Positions 53,289 through 61,707 of a stretch of 64,000 nucleotides of DNA are shown one piece after another. Position numbers and translations under genes: made by a program. Where the stretch lies: assembly GCA_017559995.1 (NCBI GenBank), contig JAFYPP010000003.1, positions 1,015 to 65,014 on the forward strand. The letters run 5' to 3'. This stretch comes from Clostridia bacterium (GTDB lineage Bacteria; Bacillota; Clostridia; Oscillospirales; Butyricicoccaceae). Positions within the stretch are counted from its first letter, which is position 1. Each line of letters opens with the position of its first letter. Under the pieces are notes generated by a model that was not told the DNA's origin, ran no database searches, and was given only the letters and a program-made list of their open reading frames with translations.

Positions 53289-54158
53289 ATGCGCGTCGGT
53301 GCGGTAGATTTTGGCGGAACCGCCATCAAATACGGCATTTGGGAGGCCGGTCAGCTGACCGGCCTTTCGGAACGTCCCTCCCCCACCGGCTGCGCCGCTG
53401 ACGTAGTGGACGCCCTGACGGATATCATCAACGGTCTGGGAAAACTGGACGCCGTGGGCATCAGCACCCGTGGTCAGGTGGACGGAAACGGTGCCATTCT
53501 CTACGATAACGGCCCGGTGGCCGACTATACCGGCACACCGCTGAAAGCGCTTTTGGAGGCCCGTCTCGGCATTCCCGTCTGGGTGGAGAACGACGTAAAC
53601 GCAGCCGCCTGGGGCGAAGCCTGTCTGGGTGCCGGAAAGGGCTGCGGAGACTTCCTCTGCCTGACCTATGGCACCGGTATCGGCGGTGCCATCGTGCTGA
53701 ACGGCCAGCTTTACCGGGGCGCCAATTGGTCTGCCGGTGAGTTTGGCGCCATGCAGCTGTTTTCGCAAAAGCCGGCCTGGCCCGGCTTCGGCGGTGCCTA
53801 TTACGAAAACTTTGCTTCCGCGGCCGCTCTGGTGGACGGCGCAAAGGCTGTAGACCCCGCACTTACCGACGGCAAAAAGGTTTGCGCCTGCATGGATGAC
53901 CCTGCCATCGCGCCGTTGGTGGAACAATGGGTATCCAATATCGGCTGGGGCCTCAGTTCCCTCATCCACGTTTTCAACCCAGGTCTCATCGTCCTCGGCG
54001 GCGGCATTCTGCAGAATGAGGAACTGTTCCGCCGCATCGACACCTTCACCCGTGCCCAGCTGATGCCCGGATTTGAAGTGGTGCAGCTGAAACAGGCCCA
54101 GTTGGGCAACCGTGCCGGGCTCATCGGCGCGGCGCTTCTGGCCGAACGATCCCTTTAA
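53289..54158 (+). CDS. ROK-family sugar kinase (GlcNAc/GlcN/glucose kinase type)
   Basis: 289 aa with the ATP-binding N-terminus VDFGGTAIKYG, then ENDVNAAAWGE and GTGIGGAIV. I saw no clear CxCGxxGC zinc motif. Confidence 0.82.
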   Translation: MRVGAVDFGGTAIKYGIWEAGQLTGLSERPSPTGCAADVVDALTDIINGLGKLDAVGISTRGQVDGNGAILYDNGPVADYTGTPLKALLEARLGIPVWVENDVNAAAWGEACLGAGKGCGDFLCLTYGTGIGGAIVLNGQLYRGANWSAGEFGAMQLFSQKPAWPGFGGAYYENFASAAALVDGAKAVDPALTDGKKVCACMDDPAIAPLVEQWVSNIGWGLSSLIHVFNPGLIVLGGGILQNEELFRRIDTFTRAQLMPGFEVVQLKQAQLGNRAGLIGAALLAERSL

Positions 54159-54162
54159 ACGC

Positions 54163-54196
54163 AAAAAAGCCACCCGAATGGGTGGCTATTTCTTTT
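54163..54196. terminator. Bidirectional terminator (ROK kinase / ridA)
   Basis: An A-run, then AGCCACCC-GAAT-GGGTGGCT, then TATTTCTTTT. Confidence 0.85.
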
Positions 54197-54202
54197 GCCT
54201 GT

Positions 54203-54580
54203 TTACTTCTTGGCGATGACTTCGATCTCCACCAGACCGCCCTTGGGCAGTGCGGCTACTTCCACGCAGGAACGGGCAGGCAGCACGGGACCGTTGATGT
54301 ACTCGGCGTAGATAGCGTTGACCTTGCCGAAATCGTTCATATCCTTGATGAATACCAGGGTCTTGATGATGCTGGTCATCTCCAGACCGGCCTCGGCCAG
54401 GATGGCCTTGACGTTCTCCAGAGCCAGCTTGGCCTGGGCCTCGACGCCTTCGGGCATTTCACCGGTGGCGGGGTCAATGCCCAGCTGACCGGAAGTATAA
54501 ACCAGATTGTCGATCTCAACGGCCTGGGAATAGGGGCCCAGAGCGCCGGGAGCCTTATCGGTATTGATCTTCTTCTGCAT
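54203..54580 (-). CDS. ridA: RidA-family reactive enamine/imine deaminase
   Basis: 125 aa from ATG 54580, with a GGAGG SD. It has APGALGPYSQA and PARSCVEVAALPKGGLVEIE, the YjgF/RidA signatures. Confidence 0.92.
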   Translation of the reverse strand: MQKKINTDKAPGALGPYSQAVEIDNLVYTSGQLGIDPATGEMPEGVEAQAKLALENVKAILAEAGLEMTSIIKTLVFIKDMNDFGKVNAIYAEYINGPVLPARSCVEVAALPKGGLVEIEVIAKK

Positions 54581-54657
54581 AACAATAACCTCCAAATCAA
54601 TTGATTTGCGGTTATTATACTACATTCGTTCTGGTATTTCCAGTAGTTTTACAAATT

Positions 54658-55551
54658 TCACAGCAGACCCAGTCCGCGCATGGCCTGACGGAGTTCCGCC
54701 CGGGCGGCGTCGCCGATGTCCGTCAGCGGCTGGCGCACATAGCCGCTGTCCAGTTCCAGCATGGCCATGGCAGCCTTCACCGGGATGGGATTGATTTCAC
54801 GGAAAAGCGCCTGTATGAGCTTCTGGCATTGGATCTGCAGTTCCAGCGCCCCTTCCCTGTCGCTTTTCCAAAGATCACAGATCCGCTGGGTTTGCGCCGG
54901 GATCACATTGGCCATGGTGGAGATCACCCCGACACCGCCCAAGGCCAAAATCGGAATGATGTGATCGTCGTTACCGCTGTAAAGGAAGAACTCCTCCGGG
55001 CAGAGCGCCCTGATCTTCAGCAGCAGGCTGAAATCGCCCGAAGCCTCCTTTGTGCCGACGATATTAGGATGCGCGGCAAGCTCGGCGTAGGTCTCCGCCG
55101 CAATGGACATCCCGGTACGGGACGGCACGTTATACAGGATCATGGGCAGATCGGCGGCATCGGCGGCAGTCTCATAGTGACGGATCAACCCGCGCTGGGT
55201 GGTTTTGTTGTAATAGGGCGTCACCGCCAGCGTCCCCTGCGCCCCAAGGCTCTTTGCCCGTTTGCAGAGCAGCACCGTTCGGCGGGTGTCATTTCGGCCT
55301 ACGCCCGCCAAAACGGGCACCCGACCGCAAACACGCTGCAGGGTGTGATCCAGGATCCGCTCCCACTCGCCATCGCGGATGGTGGCACATTCTCCCGTGG
55401 TGGCGCACATGGCCAATGCCGCGGTGCCAGCCTCGATCTGCCGCTCGATCTGAAGGCCAAGGGTTTGAAGATCAAGTTCTCCCGCCCGGTCAAAAGGTGT
55501 GATCATCGCTGTGGCACTGCCGTGAAAAACCGGCTTTTTCATCTCAAACAT
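54658..55551 (-). CDS. dapA: 4-hydroxy-tetrahydrodipicolinate synthase
   Basis: 297 aa from ATG 55551, with a GGAGAAGAGG SD. It has ITPF, TTGE, TPYYNK, YNVPSRTG and the active-site Lys in IVGTKEASGD. The 544-aa track ORF owes its extra N-terminal 247 aa to read-through antisense to the gerB-type gene. Confidence 0.9.
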   Translation of the reverse strand: MFEMKKPVFHGSATAMITPFDRAGELDLQTLGLQIERQIEAGTAALAMCATTGECATIRDGEWERILDHTLQRVCGRVPVLAGVGRNDTRRTVLLCKRAKSLGAQGTLAVTPYYNKTTQRGLIRHYETAADAADLPMILYNVPSRTGMSIAAETYAELAAHPNIVGTKEASGDFSLLLKIRALCPEEFFLYSGNDDHIIPILALGGVGVISTMANVIPAQTQRICDLWKSDREGALELQIQCQKLIQALFREINPIPVKAAMAMLELDSGYVRQPLTDIGDAARAELRQAMRGLGLL

Positions 55552-55589
55552 CACCTCTTCTCCACATCCATATGCGGAGAAGCCGTCTG

Positions 55590-56630
55590 TCATGTCTGCC
55601 GTCGTTTCAAACGGTGAGCCACGACTGCCGCGGCAGGTCCCAGCAGCAGCATAACGGATACCGCAGCCTCCCCCGCGGTACGCCAGCGCACCTGCTCGCT
55701 GCTCCAGCTCAATGATCCGCTGAGTATGGCACCGCCAAGCAGGAGCGGCGGATACCATCGGCCCAGCCTTGGCATTCGGTTTTTCAGGCAGGTCTGTGCG
55801 TAACGCAGGCAAAGTGCCGCCCGGAACGGCTGCACCAACACAAATACCGAAGATATCAGGATCTGGCTGTGCCGCGTAGTTGCCGCCGCGGCAAACATGG
55901 GAAACCGGAACCGGCCAACGGCCGGCCATCCCAAAACCGCGGCGTCCCGCAGGGAAAGCACGGCCATCAGCAGGCAAGCAGAGATGCCGGCGGCATAGAT
56001 CGCCCTTCGTTTTTCGACGGTGCCGCCGCTGCCGAAAACCGCGATGGGAAAGAATGACGCCGCGGTCAACGCCGCGAAACTGCTGATAAAACTGCGCGCG
56101 AGAACCCCTTCCCCTTCGGCAAACAACGGCAGCAGCCGGTGAAGATCCGCTTTTCCCACGGTGACCGCCACACTCAACAGCAAAAGAGCCACCGCGCAGG
56201 GCATCACAGCCCAGGCGGCTTTGCCCAGACCGCGGAGGCTGCAGACCAGCATCAGCAGCACCACCAGCGTCAGCATGGCAGTATTGCCCCACGCGCCCGC
56301 GTCATTCAGGTCGTTGATCACGATAAAATCCGCAAACAGCCGCATGGCATCCCCTGCCATCAGCACAGAAAGAACCACGTACACTCCCGTGAAAATACCG
56401 CCCGCAAAACGGCCCAGCGCGCCCGTAAAGCCCATGCCAGCCGAATGACAATCGGCCGCTTGATGAAACAGCCAATTGACCGGCATTGACAGTACGCCCA
56501 ACACCGGAAACAGCAGCCATCCGCTCTGCGTTCCTTTTGCGCCGGCCGCCGTCACCAGATTTCCAAGCAGAAACAAAAACAGCAGAAAGAAGCATTGCCG
56601 TGGAGTAAGCCCGTCACGATCCATTGTCAT
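55590..56630 (-). CDS. Spore germination receptor B subunit (GerAB/APC-type permease)
   Basis: 346 aa with about 10 TM segments. The N-terminus (LTPRQCFFLLFLFLLGN) is typical of GerXB proteins. The start overlaps the gerC-type stop (ATGA). Confidence 0.82.
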   Translation of the reverse strand: MTMDRDGLTPRQCFFLLFLFLLGNLVTAAGAKGTQSGWLLFPVLGVLSMPVNWLFHQAADCHSAGMGFTGALGRFAGGIFTGVYVVLSVLMAGDAMRLFADFIVINDLNDAGAWGNTAMLTLVVLLMLVCSLRGLGKAAWAVMPCAVALLLLSVAVTVGKADLHRLLPLFAEGEGVLARSFISSFAALTAASFFPIAVFGSGGTVEKRRAIYAAGISACLLMAVLSLRDAAVLGWPAVGRFRFPMFAAAATTRHSQILISSVFVLVQPFRAALCLRYAQTCLKNRMPRLGRWYPPLLLGGAILSGSLSWSSEQVRWRTAGEAAVSVMLLLGPAAAVVAHRLKRRQT

Positions 56631-57685
56631 CCCCCCTGCCCGTCATCCGACCATATTCTGCCCCAAATGAGGTTTTTCACCCGCACCTCCACCAAAATGG
56701 GGTAATCCGCAAACAGCGACGGCCAATCGTCGCCCATGGCCGCCCATTGTTTGGGATGTGTCTGCGCGATGCGGCTGCCAAATCCCACAGCGTCACATTC
56801 CAGCCACCGCAGCCGCTCCAAAAGGGATCCGCATCGCTGTGCCAACGCCATTTCCGCTTCCGCCATCAGTGCCTCACGGTTGCTCTCGCTGTCGCTGGCT
56901 TTCAGCACCAGTTCCAGCGTCAGTTTCGCCCCCGACCGGTCGGCTTCCAGTTTTCTGTCCAATCCCATCACCTCAAACACCGCGTGCTCGGTGACCAGCG
57001 TCCCGCCGGACTTGCCCTGCATCCACATCAGGCTGCAGCTGTCCCGGGCATCCAGCACCGCAAGCATACGATCCTTTTGGAAGAGCGCCGTTCCGTCCAG
57101 CGAGCAAACCGTTTCCCCGTCCCGTTCCTCCAGCGTTAAAAACGGCAGTACGCCCTCCACTCCCTGGGCGGCCACCTGCTGATAAAAAGCCCCGGCGTCC
57201 ACATCCGCGGTAATGCACTGCTTTGCGCCCGCCCGGATCATATCCTCCAGTTCCACGCTGTGCAGGTCACTGATCACCGGCTTGGCACGCATGGTCTGCG
57301 CCGCAGTGTCCTTGCAGACGGCAAGCCGCAGGGATATTGGATATTGCGTTCCCCGCAGCAGTTCCTCAAGGATCGGTTTCATGCCGTTTTGCGCCGTCTC
57401 CCTGCTGACAACAAGAACCTGCGCGTGATTGCAGTACAGCGTACGGCCGGTCATGGATACCATGTTGTTGATGCTGTCCGTGATGGTAACGCCTGTTCCA
57501 CGGAGATACACGCTTTGGTTTCCTTCGCCGTCCCCCTCCGAAAGGCGGATCACTTCAGCCCCTACCTGATATCCGCCGGGATGTCCGTCCACACCGATGC
57601 CTGTGACCACCGTCAGCTGCGCGGCGTCCCGGCCGCAGCCGCACAACAGCAGTATGAGCAGCAGGCATGCCATCCGTTTGATCAT
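56627..57685 (-). CDS. Spore germination receptor C subunit (Ger(x)C lipoprotein)
   Basis: 352 aa from ATG 57685, with a GGAGGGG SD. It has a lipobox (LLLCGCG) followed by VTGIGVDG, the GerAC-family start. The start overlaps the gerA-type stop by 4 nt. Confidence 0.85.
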   Translation of the reverse strand: MIKRMACLLLILLLCGCGRDAAQLTVVTGIGVDGHPGGYQVGAEVIRLSEGDGEGNQSVYLRGTGVTITDSINNMVSMTGRTLYCNHAQVLVVSRETAQNGMKPILEELLRGTQYPISLRLAVCKDTAAQTMRAKPVISDLHSVELEDMIRAGAKQCITADVDAGAFYQQVAAQGVEGVLPFLTLEERDGETVCSLDGTALFQKDRMLAVLDARDSCSLMWMQGKSGGTLVTEHAVFEVMGLDRKLEADRSGAKLTLELVLKASDSESNREALMAEAEMALAQRCGSLLERLRWLECDAVGFGSRIAQTHPKQWAAMGDDWPSLFADYPILVEVRVKNLIWGRIWSDDGQGG

Positions 57686-59157
57686 AAACCCCTCCGTTTG
57701 TTCGGCGCGCGATCCGCCAGAAATCGCCCAAACCGTTTCATGGCCCAATAAGGCGGCCGTATCACGCTGTCCTCCGCACTTCCGCACTGCTGCAGCGGCA
57801 GACCGGCAAAATAAGATACCCCAAAAGAACGCTGTTCCGACAGCAGCAGAAGAATGCCGATACAGCCCAAAAGGACACCGTAAATGCCAAACCACACCGC
57901 CAGAAACATCAATACCGTGCGGCACAGAAGGGTCGCCGCTTTCAGTTTTGGCGTGATCAGGCTGCAAATGCTGGACACCGCCACAATGATAAGCACCGGC
58001 ACGGAAACCAGTCTGGCGTCCACAGCGGCCTGGCCGATCACCAGACCGCCCACCACGGAAAGGCTCTGTCCCACGCTGGACGGTGTCCGCGCGCCGGCCT
58101 CACGAAGAATATCAAAGGCAAGGCTCAGCAAAAGCGCCTCCAGCAGAATGGGAAAGGGAACGCCCTGCCGTGCTTTCGCCACGCTCAAAATCAGCGGCAG
58201 CGGCATGAAGGCCTGATGGAACGCCACCAGAGAAAGATAGAGCGGCAAAACCGAGATCGCGGCGACAAACCCGGAGACGCGCAAAACACGGTTGATCCCC
58301 GCGAAGAATACATCCACATAGTAGTCCTCTCCCGACTGAAACTGCTCCAGAAACACATGAGGCACCGTCAGCGCCACCGGACTTCCGTCCACAAGCAGTG
58401 CGATGCGTCCCTCCAAAAGCTTTGCTGCCACCACGTCGGGCCGCTCGGTGGTGCCGGTGGTGCGAAACGGCGACCACCGGGCGTCACGCACAAGCTCGGC
58501 AATATAATTGCTGTCAAATACACCGTCGATGGCAATGCCGCTCAACCGTTTCCGCAGTTGCGCCAGAGCGTTTCTGTCCACCTGCCCCTCCAGATAGCAT
58601 AGGCAGCAGTCGGTTTTTGTCACAGTTCCAAGTGTAAAGTACTCAAGCTTTAATGCAGTTGTGCGCAAACGCCTTCGCAGCATTGCGAGATTGTGCAGAA
58701 GTGGCTCCACAAACCCTTCCCGCGGTCCCTTCAGGTAGGTCTCACCTGCCGGCTCTGCAATCCCCCGCTTCGCAAACCCTTTGCTGCCCAGGATCAGCGC
58801 TTTACCGCAGCCGTCAACGAAAAGCACGGTATCCCCGTAAAGCAGCCCCCGCAGCACCGCCTCTACCGTTTCTTCCGTCTGGGCCTCATTGGCCTGCAGT
58901 ACCTGATACTGCAGAAAATCCATGACCGAAGCGCCCCGGGGCGGCACCTCCCGCAGCAGACTGATGGGCCGAGTGATGCTTTGGTTGATCCGCAGGGAGT
59001 CCACCATCCCGTCCACAAACACCAGGCAGCACCGAACGTCAGCCACCGCCTGCGGCTGAAGGCGGTGAAGTTTTACAGTCCTGTCATTTCCAAACAGTTT
59101 CCTGATCCGCGCAATATTTTCTTCCAATACGGACGACACTTTTTCCGGCAAATCCAA
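57682..59157 (-). CDS. Spore germination receptor A subunit (GerA family)
   Basis: 491 aa with a soluble N-domain (DGMVDSLRINQSI, GFVEPL) and a C-terminal 5-TM region. The TTG start makes the exact start uncertain. Confidence 0.88.
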   Translation of the reverse strand: MDLPEKVSSVLEENIARIRKLFGNDRTVKLHRLQPQAVADVRCCLVFVDGMVDSLRINQSITRPISLLREVPPRGASVMDFLQYQVLQANEAQTEETVEAVLRGLLYGDTVLFVDGCGKALILGSKGFAKRGIAEPAGETYLKGPREGFVEPLLHNLAMLRRRLRTTALKLEYFTLGTVTKTDCCLCYLEGQVDRNALAQLRKRLSGIAIDGVFDSNYIAELVRDARWSPFRTTGTTERPDVVAAKLLEGRIALLVDGSPVALTVPHVFLEQFQSGEDYYVDVFFAGINRVLRVSGFVAAISVLPLYLSLVAFHQAFMPLPLILSVAKARQGVPFPILLEALLLSLAFDILREAGARTPSSVGQSLSVVGGLVIGQAAVDARLVSVPVLIIVAVSSICSLITPKLKAATLLCRTVLMFLAVWFGIYGVLLGCIGILLLLSEQRSFGVSYFAGLPLQQCGSAEDSVIRPPYWAMKRFGRFLADRAPNKRRGL

Positions 59158-59194
59158 TCACCTCATTTTCCGTAGTTTGCCCGAAAAAGACGTA

Positions 59195-59222
59195 AAAAAG
59201 CACCGGTTTCCCGGTGCTTTTT
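59195..59222. terminator. Terminator after the anti-sigma gene
   Basis: AAAAAGCACCGG-TTTC-CCGGTGCTTTTT, a symmetric A/T-flanked hairpin 9 nt after the anti-sigma stop. Confidence 0.85.
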
Positions 59223-59230
59223 CAAAGTTA

Positions 59231-60112
59231 TTATTTCCAATAAAATACCAGAAGAATGTGCTCGCCGTCCTCCGAAACGTCATGTTCGTCCAGCACTTCC
59301 ACGGTAAAGCCGCAGGCGGTCAGCTGATCGATCCAGTATTCCTCCGCCCAGGCGGCGATCTCCACATAATCACGGGAGGCGCCGTCCAATTCCGCCTGAT
59401 ACACAAAGTGCAGATCCACCCACTCGGGAAGGCGTTCCCGGGGACCGGTGACCTTCAGCCACTTGCGGATGGAAGGCACACGGTAGGTGTTGTCCTCGTT
59501 GGCATATTCCTGCCGCACAGGCGGCAGATCTTCTGCCATCTGTCCGGTAAGCGCGTTTGCCACCGGCGGCGCGGCATCCATGGCTCCTGTTTCGTTCCTG
59601 TCGGCGCTGTTACTGGTGACAACGCTTTGGGAGGGCGCATAGGACTCCGCACGATCCATTGCCGCCGGAGCGGTAGCCATGGGTGCGGAACCGGCGGCAG
59701 AGAACGTAGGCGCCATCACCTGCGGCGCCTCTGCCGCGGCTTCTTTTGTTACGGCAAGGTCAAGTCCGGGGACAAACCGGGCGGCAACGATTACCACAAC
59801 GGCACAGGCGGCAGCACCGGCAAGGGCACGGTACCAGCGTTTACGGTAAAACGGCACAGGGGCGGCCGAGACTGTAGGAACGGATTCCGGGCAGTTCTTT
59901 TCCACATAGTCCAGTATCTGTCCATGCAGTCCCTCAGGCACCGGTTCCTCCATGTCGGCAAGCGCTTCTTTCATAGCGCGCAGCTGCTCATAGCGGGAAC
60001 GGCAAGCCTGACATTCTTTCAAATGTTCTTCCAAAGGCCGACACTCTTCGGAGGGAAGCATGTCATCCAGGAAAAGGTTTATCAACAGTTCAAAATCTTC
60101 ACAGGATCGCAT
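59231..60112 (-). CDS. Anti-sigma factor (zf-HC2 type, single TM)
   Basis: 293 aa from ATG 60112, with an AGGAGGG SD. The N-terminal HxxxCxxC motif is HLKECQACRSRY. It has a central TM (ALAGAAACAVVVIVAA) and an extracytoplasmic C-domain of unknown family. The start overlaps the sigma gene stop by 14 nt. Confidence 0.8.
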   Translation of the reverse strand: MRSCEDFELLINLFLDDMLPSEECRPLEEHLKECQACRSRYEQLRAMKEALADMEEPVPEGLHGQILDYVEKNCPESVPTVSAAPVPFYRKRWYRALAGAAACAVVVIVAARFVPGLDLAVTKEAAAEAPQVMAPTFSAAGSAPMATAPAAMDRAESYAPSQSVVTSNSADRNETGAMDAAPPVANALTGQMAEDLPPVRQEYANEDNTYRVPSIRKWLKVTGPRERLPEWVDLHFVYQAELDGASRDYVEIAAWAEEYWIDQLTACGFTVEVLDEHDVSEDGEHILLVFYWK

Positions 60113-60722
60113 CTGTATTCCCTCCTTTCGATAGTTTAGACGGCGATATGCCAAAAATGTTCCCACTTTGTAATAATTTTTTTCGAAGATTTTCTCTCGC
60201 CCGGGAAAGCCTGGATTTTACCGTTCCCGACTCCAGACAAAGCACCTGGGCGATCTCATCGTAGCTTAACCCCTGAATGTCCCGCAGCACGATCATCTCC
60301 CTTTGCTGCTGCGGCAGCTGGGAAATGGCTTCTGCCAGACTTTCCCGAAGATCGGCCTGCTCCACCAGCGTCTGCGGATCGTAACTCTCGTCGGCTACCT
60401 CCGCGGTGCGGTAGTCCTCCTCGTCATCGGGGATCTCCAACGGCAGCTCGTTTCTGCGGCTGCGTTTTGCCAGCATATCCTTGCAGACATTAACGCCGAT
60501 GCGGTAGATCCAGGTGGAAAACTCGCTTTCCTCCTGAAATCCTGGCAAAAACCGAAATACTCTCAAAAACACCTCTTGCGAGGCATCCATCGCGTCCTCC
60601 CGGTTGCCCAGATAACGGAACGCAAGGTTATAGATTTTTCCTTCATAAGCTGATACCAGCGCGGCAAAAGCGTCACGGTCGCCTGCTTTCGCCTGCCGGA
60701 CCAGCGCTTTTTCCTTCGACAC
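60099..60722 (-). CDS. ECF (sigma-70 group IV) RNA polymerase sigma factor
   Basis: 207 aa with a GTG start. Region 2 (DASQEVFLRVF, FSTWIYRIGVN) and region 4 (LSYDEIAQVL...GTVKSRLSRAR) are present. Confidence 0.9.
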   Translation of the reverse strand: MSKEKALVRQAKAGDRDAFAALVSAYEGKIYNLAFRYLGNREDAMDASQEVFLRVFRFLPGFQEESEFSTWIYRIGVNVCKDMLAKRSRRNELPLEIPDDEEDYRTAEVADESYDPQTLVEQADLRESLAEAISQLPQQQREMIVLRDIQGLSYDEIAQVLCLESGTVKSRLSRARENLRKKLLQSGNIFGISPSKLSKGGNTDAIL

Positions 60723-60726
60723 GGTA

Positions 60727-61707
60727 TCACCCCTTTACGTCGAATTGCTGCTGCTCCAGCTCCTCGCAAAGCGTGAGGAACTCCTCCAATGTATTGATTT
60801 GCGCCATGCGTGGTTTGTAGGACTTGGCCCCGCGCAGGTTGCCCAGATACCACAGCATGTGCTTGCGAAGCTCGGGCATGGCCCGGTGCTCCGCCTTCAG
60901 CTCGCAGGTCAGACGGGCGTGACGGCGCATCACCTCCAGCACTTCCGCGGCGCTGTGTTCCGGCTTGGGAAGTCCGGCCTCCAGCGCCAGACAATCCCGG
61001 AAGATCATGGGATACCCTTCGGCGCCCCGTGCGATCATGATGAAATCCGCGCCGGTCTCTGCCAGAATATCCATACAGTCCTGACCGCTCAAGGCGTCAC
61101 CGCTGGCGATCACCGGCACCGATACGGCATCTTTTACCGCCTTGACCATGGATCGGTCGCTGGTACCGCTGTACATCTGCACACGGGTGCGACCGTGGAC
61201 ACACATGGCGTCGGCGCCGGCGGCTTCCATTCGTTTGGCGAACTCCACGCAGTTGCGGGCCTCTTCCCGGATGCCGCTGCGGAACTTCACGGTGACGGGC
61301 AGATCCACCGCCTTTTTCATGGCAGTAACGATGGCTGCCGCCCGTTCGGGGTCTCCCATCAGGGCGCTGCCGTCACCGTTGTTGAAGATTTTGGGCATGG
61401 GACAACCCATATTCACGTCCAGGAACTCCGGTTTGCAGATGGCCGCCGCGCGCACGGCGGCTTCCGCCATGATCTCCGGCTCGTTGCCGAACAGCTGGGC
61501 GCCGCAGGGGCGCTGTTCCGCCTGCATTTCCAGCAGGCTGGCGGTCTTTTTATCCTCATAGACCAGCGCTCGCGCGCTGACCATCTCGGTATAGGTCACC
61601 GCGGCGCCCTGCTCGGCGCACACCGTGCGGAAGGCCGCGTCGGTGATCCCCGCCATGGGCGCCAGGAAAAAACGGTTTTTCGGGGTAAATCCGCAAAAAT
61701 CAGTCAT
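60727..61707 (-). CDS. dusB: tRNA-dihydrouridine synthase
   Basis: 326 aa from ATG 61707, with a GGGAGGG SD. It has LAPMAGITD, DVNMGCP and VHGRT, the Dus-family FMN/active-site blocks. Confidence 0.92.
   Translation of the reverse strand: MTDFCGFTPKNRFFLAPMAGITDAAFRTVCAEQGAAVTYTEMVSARALVYEDKKTASLLEMQAEQRPCGAQLFGNEPEIMAEAAVRAAAICKPEFLDVNMGCPMPKIFNNGDGSALMGDPERAAAIVTAMKKAVDLPVTVKFRSGIREEARNCVEFAKRMEAAGADAMCVHGRTRVQMYSGTSDRSMVKAVKDAVSVPVIASGDALSGQDCMDILAETGADFIMIARGAEGYPMIFRDCLALEAGLPKPEHSAAEVLEVMRRHARLTCELKAEHRAMPELRKHMLWYLGNLRGAKSYKPRMAQINTLEEFLTLCEELEQQQFDVKG

Noticed and set aside
54594-54607. The 14-nt perfect palindrome AAATCAATTGATTT just upstream of the ridA SD.
   Set aside because: It is short and AT-rich, and such palindromes occur by chance in promoter regions. 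It lies between a plausible TATAAT -10 element and the SD, with no second copy noticed, so it is not strong enough to call an operator.
54658-56292. The 544-aa ORF as a single large protein.
   Set aside because: Only the C-terminal 297 aa (from ATG 55551, which has a good SD) match DapA. The N-terminal 247 aa are Arg/Gly/Ala-rich read-through lying antisense to the gerB-type permease gene.
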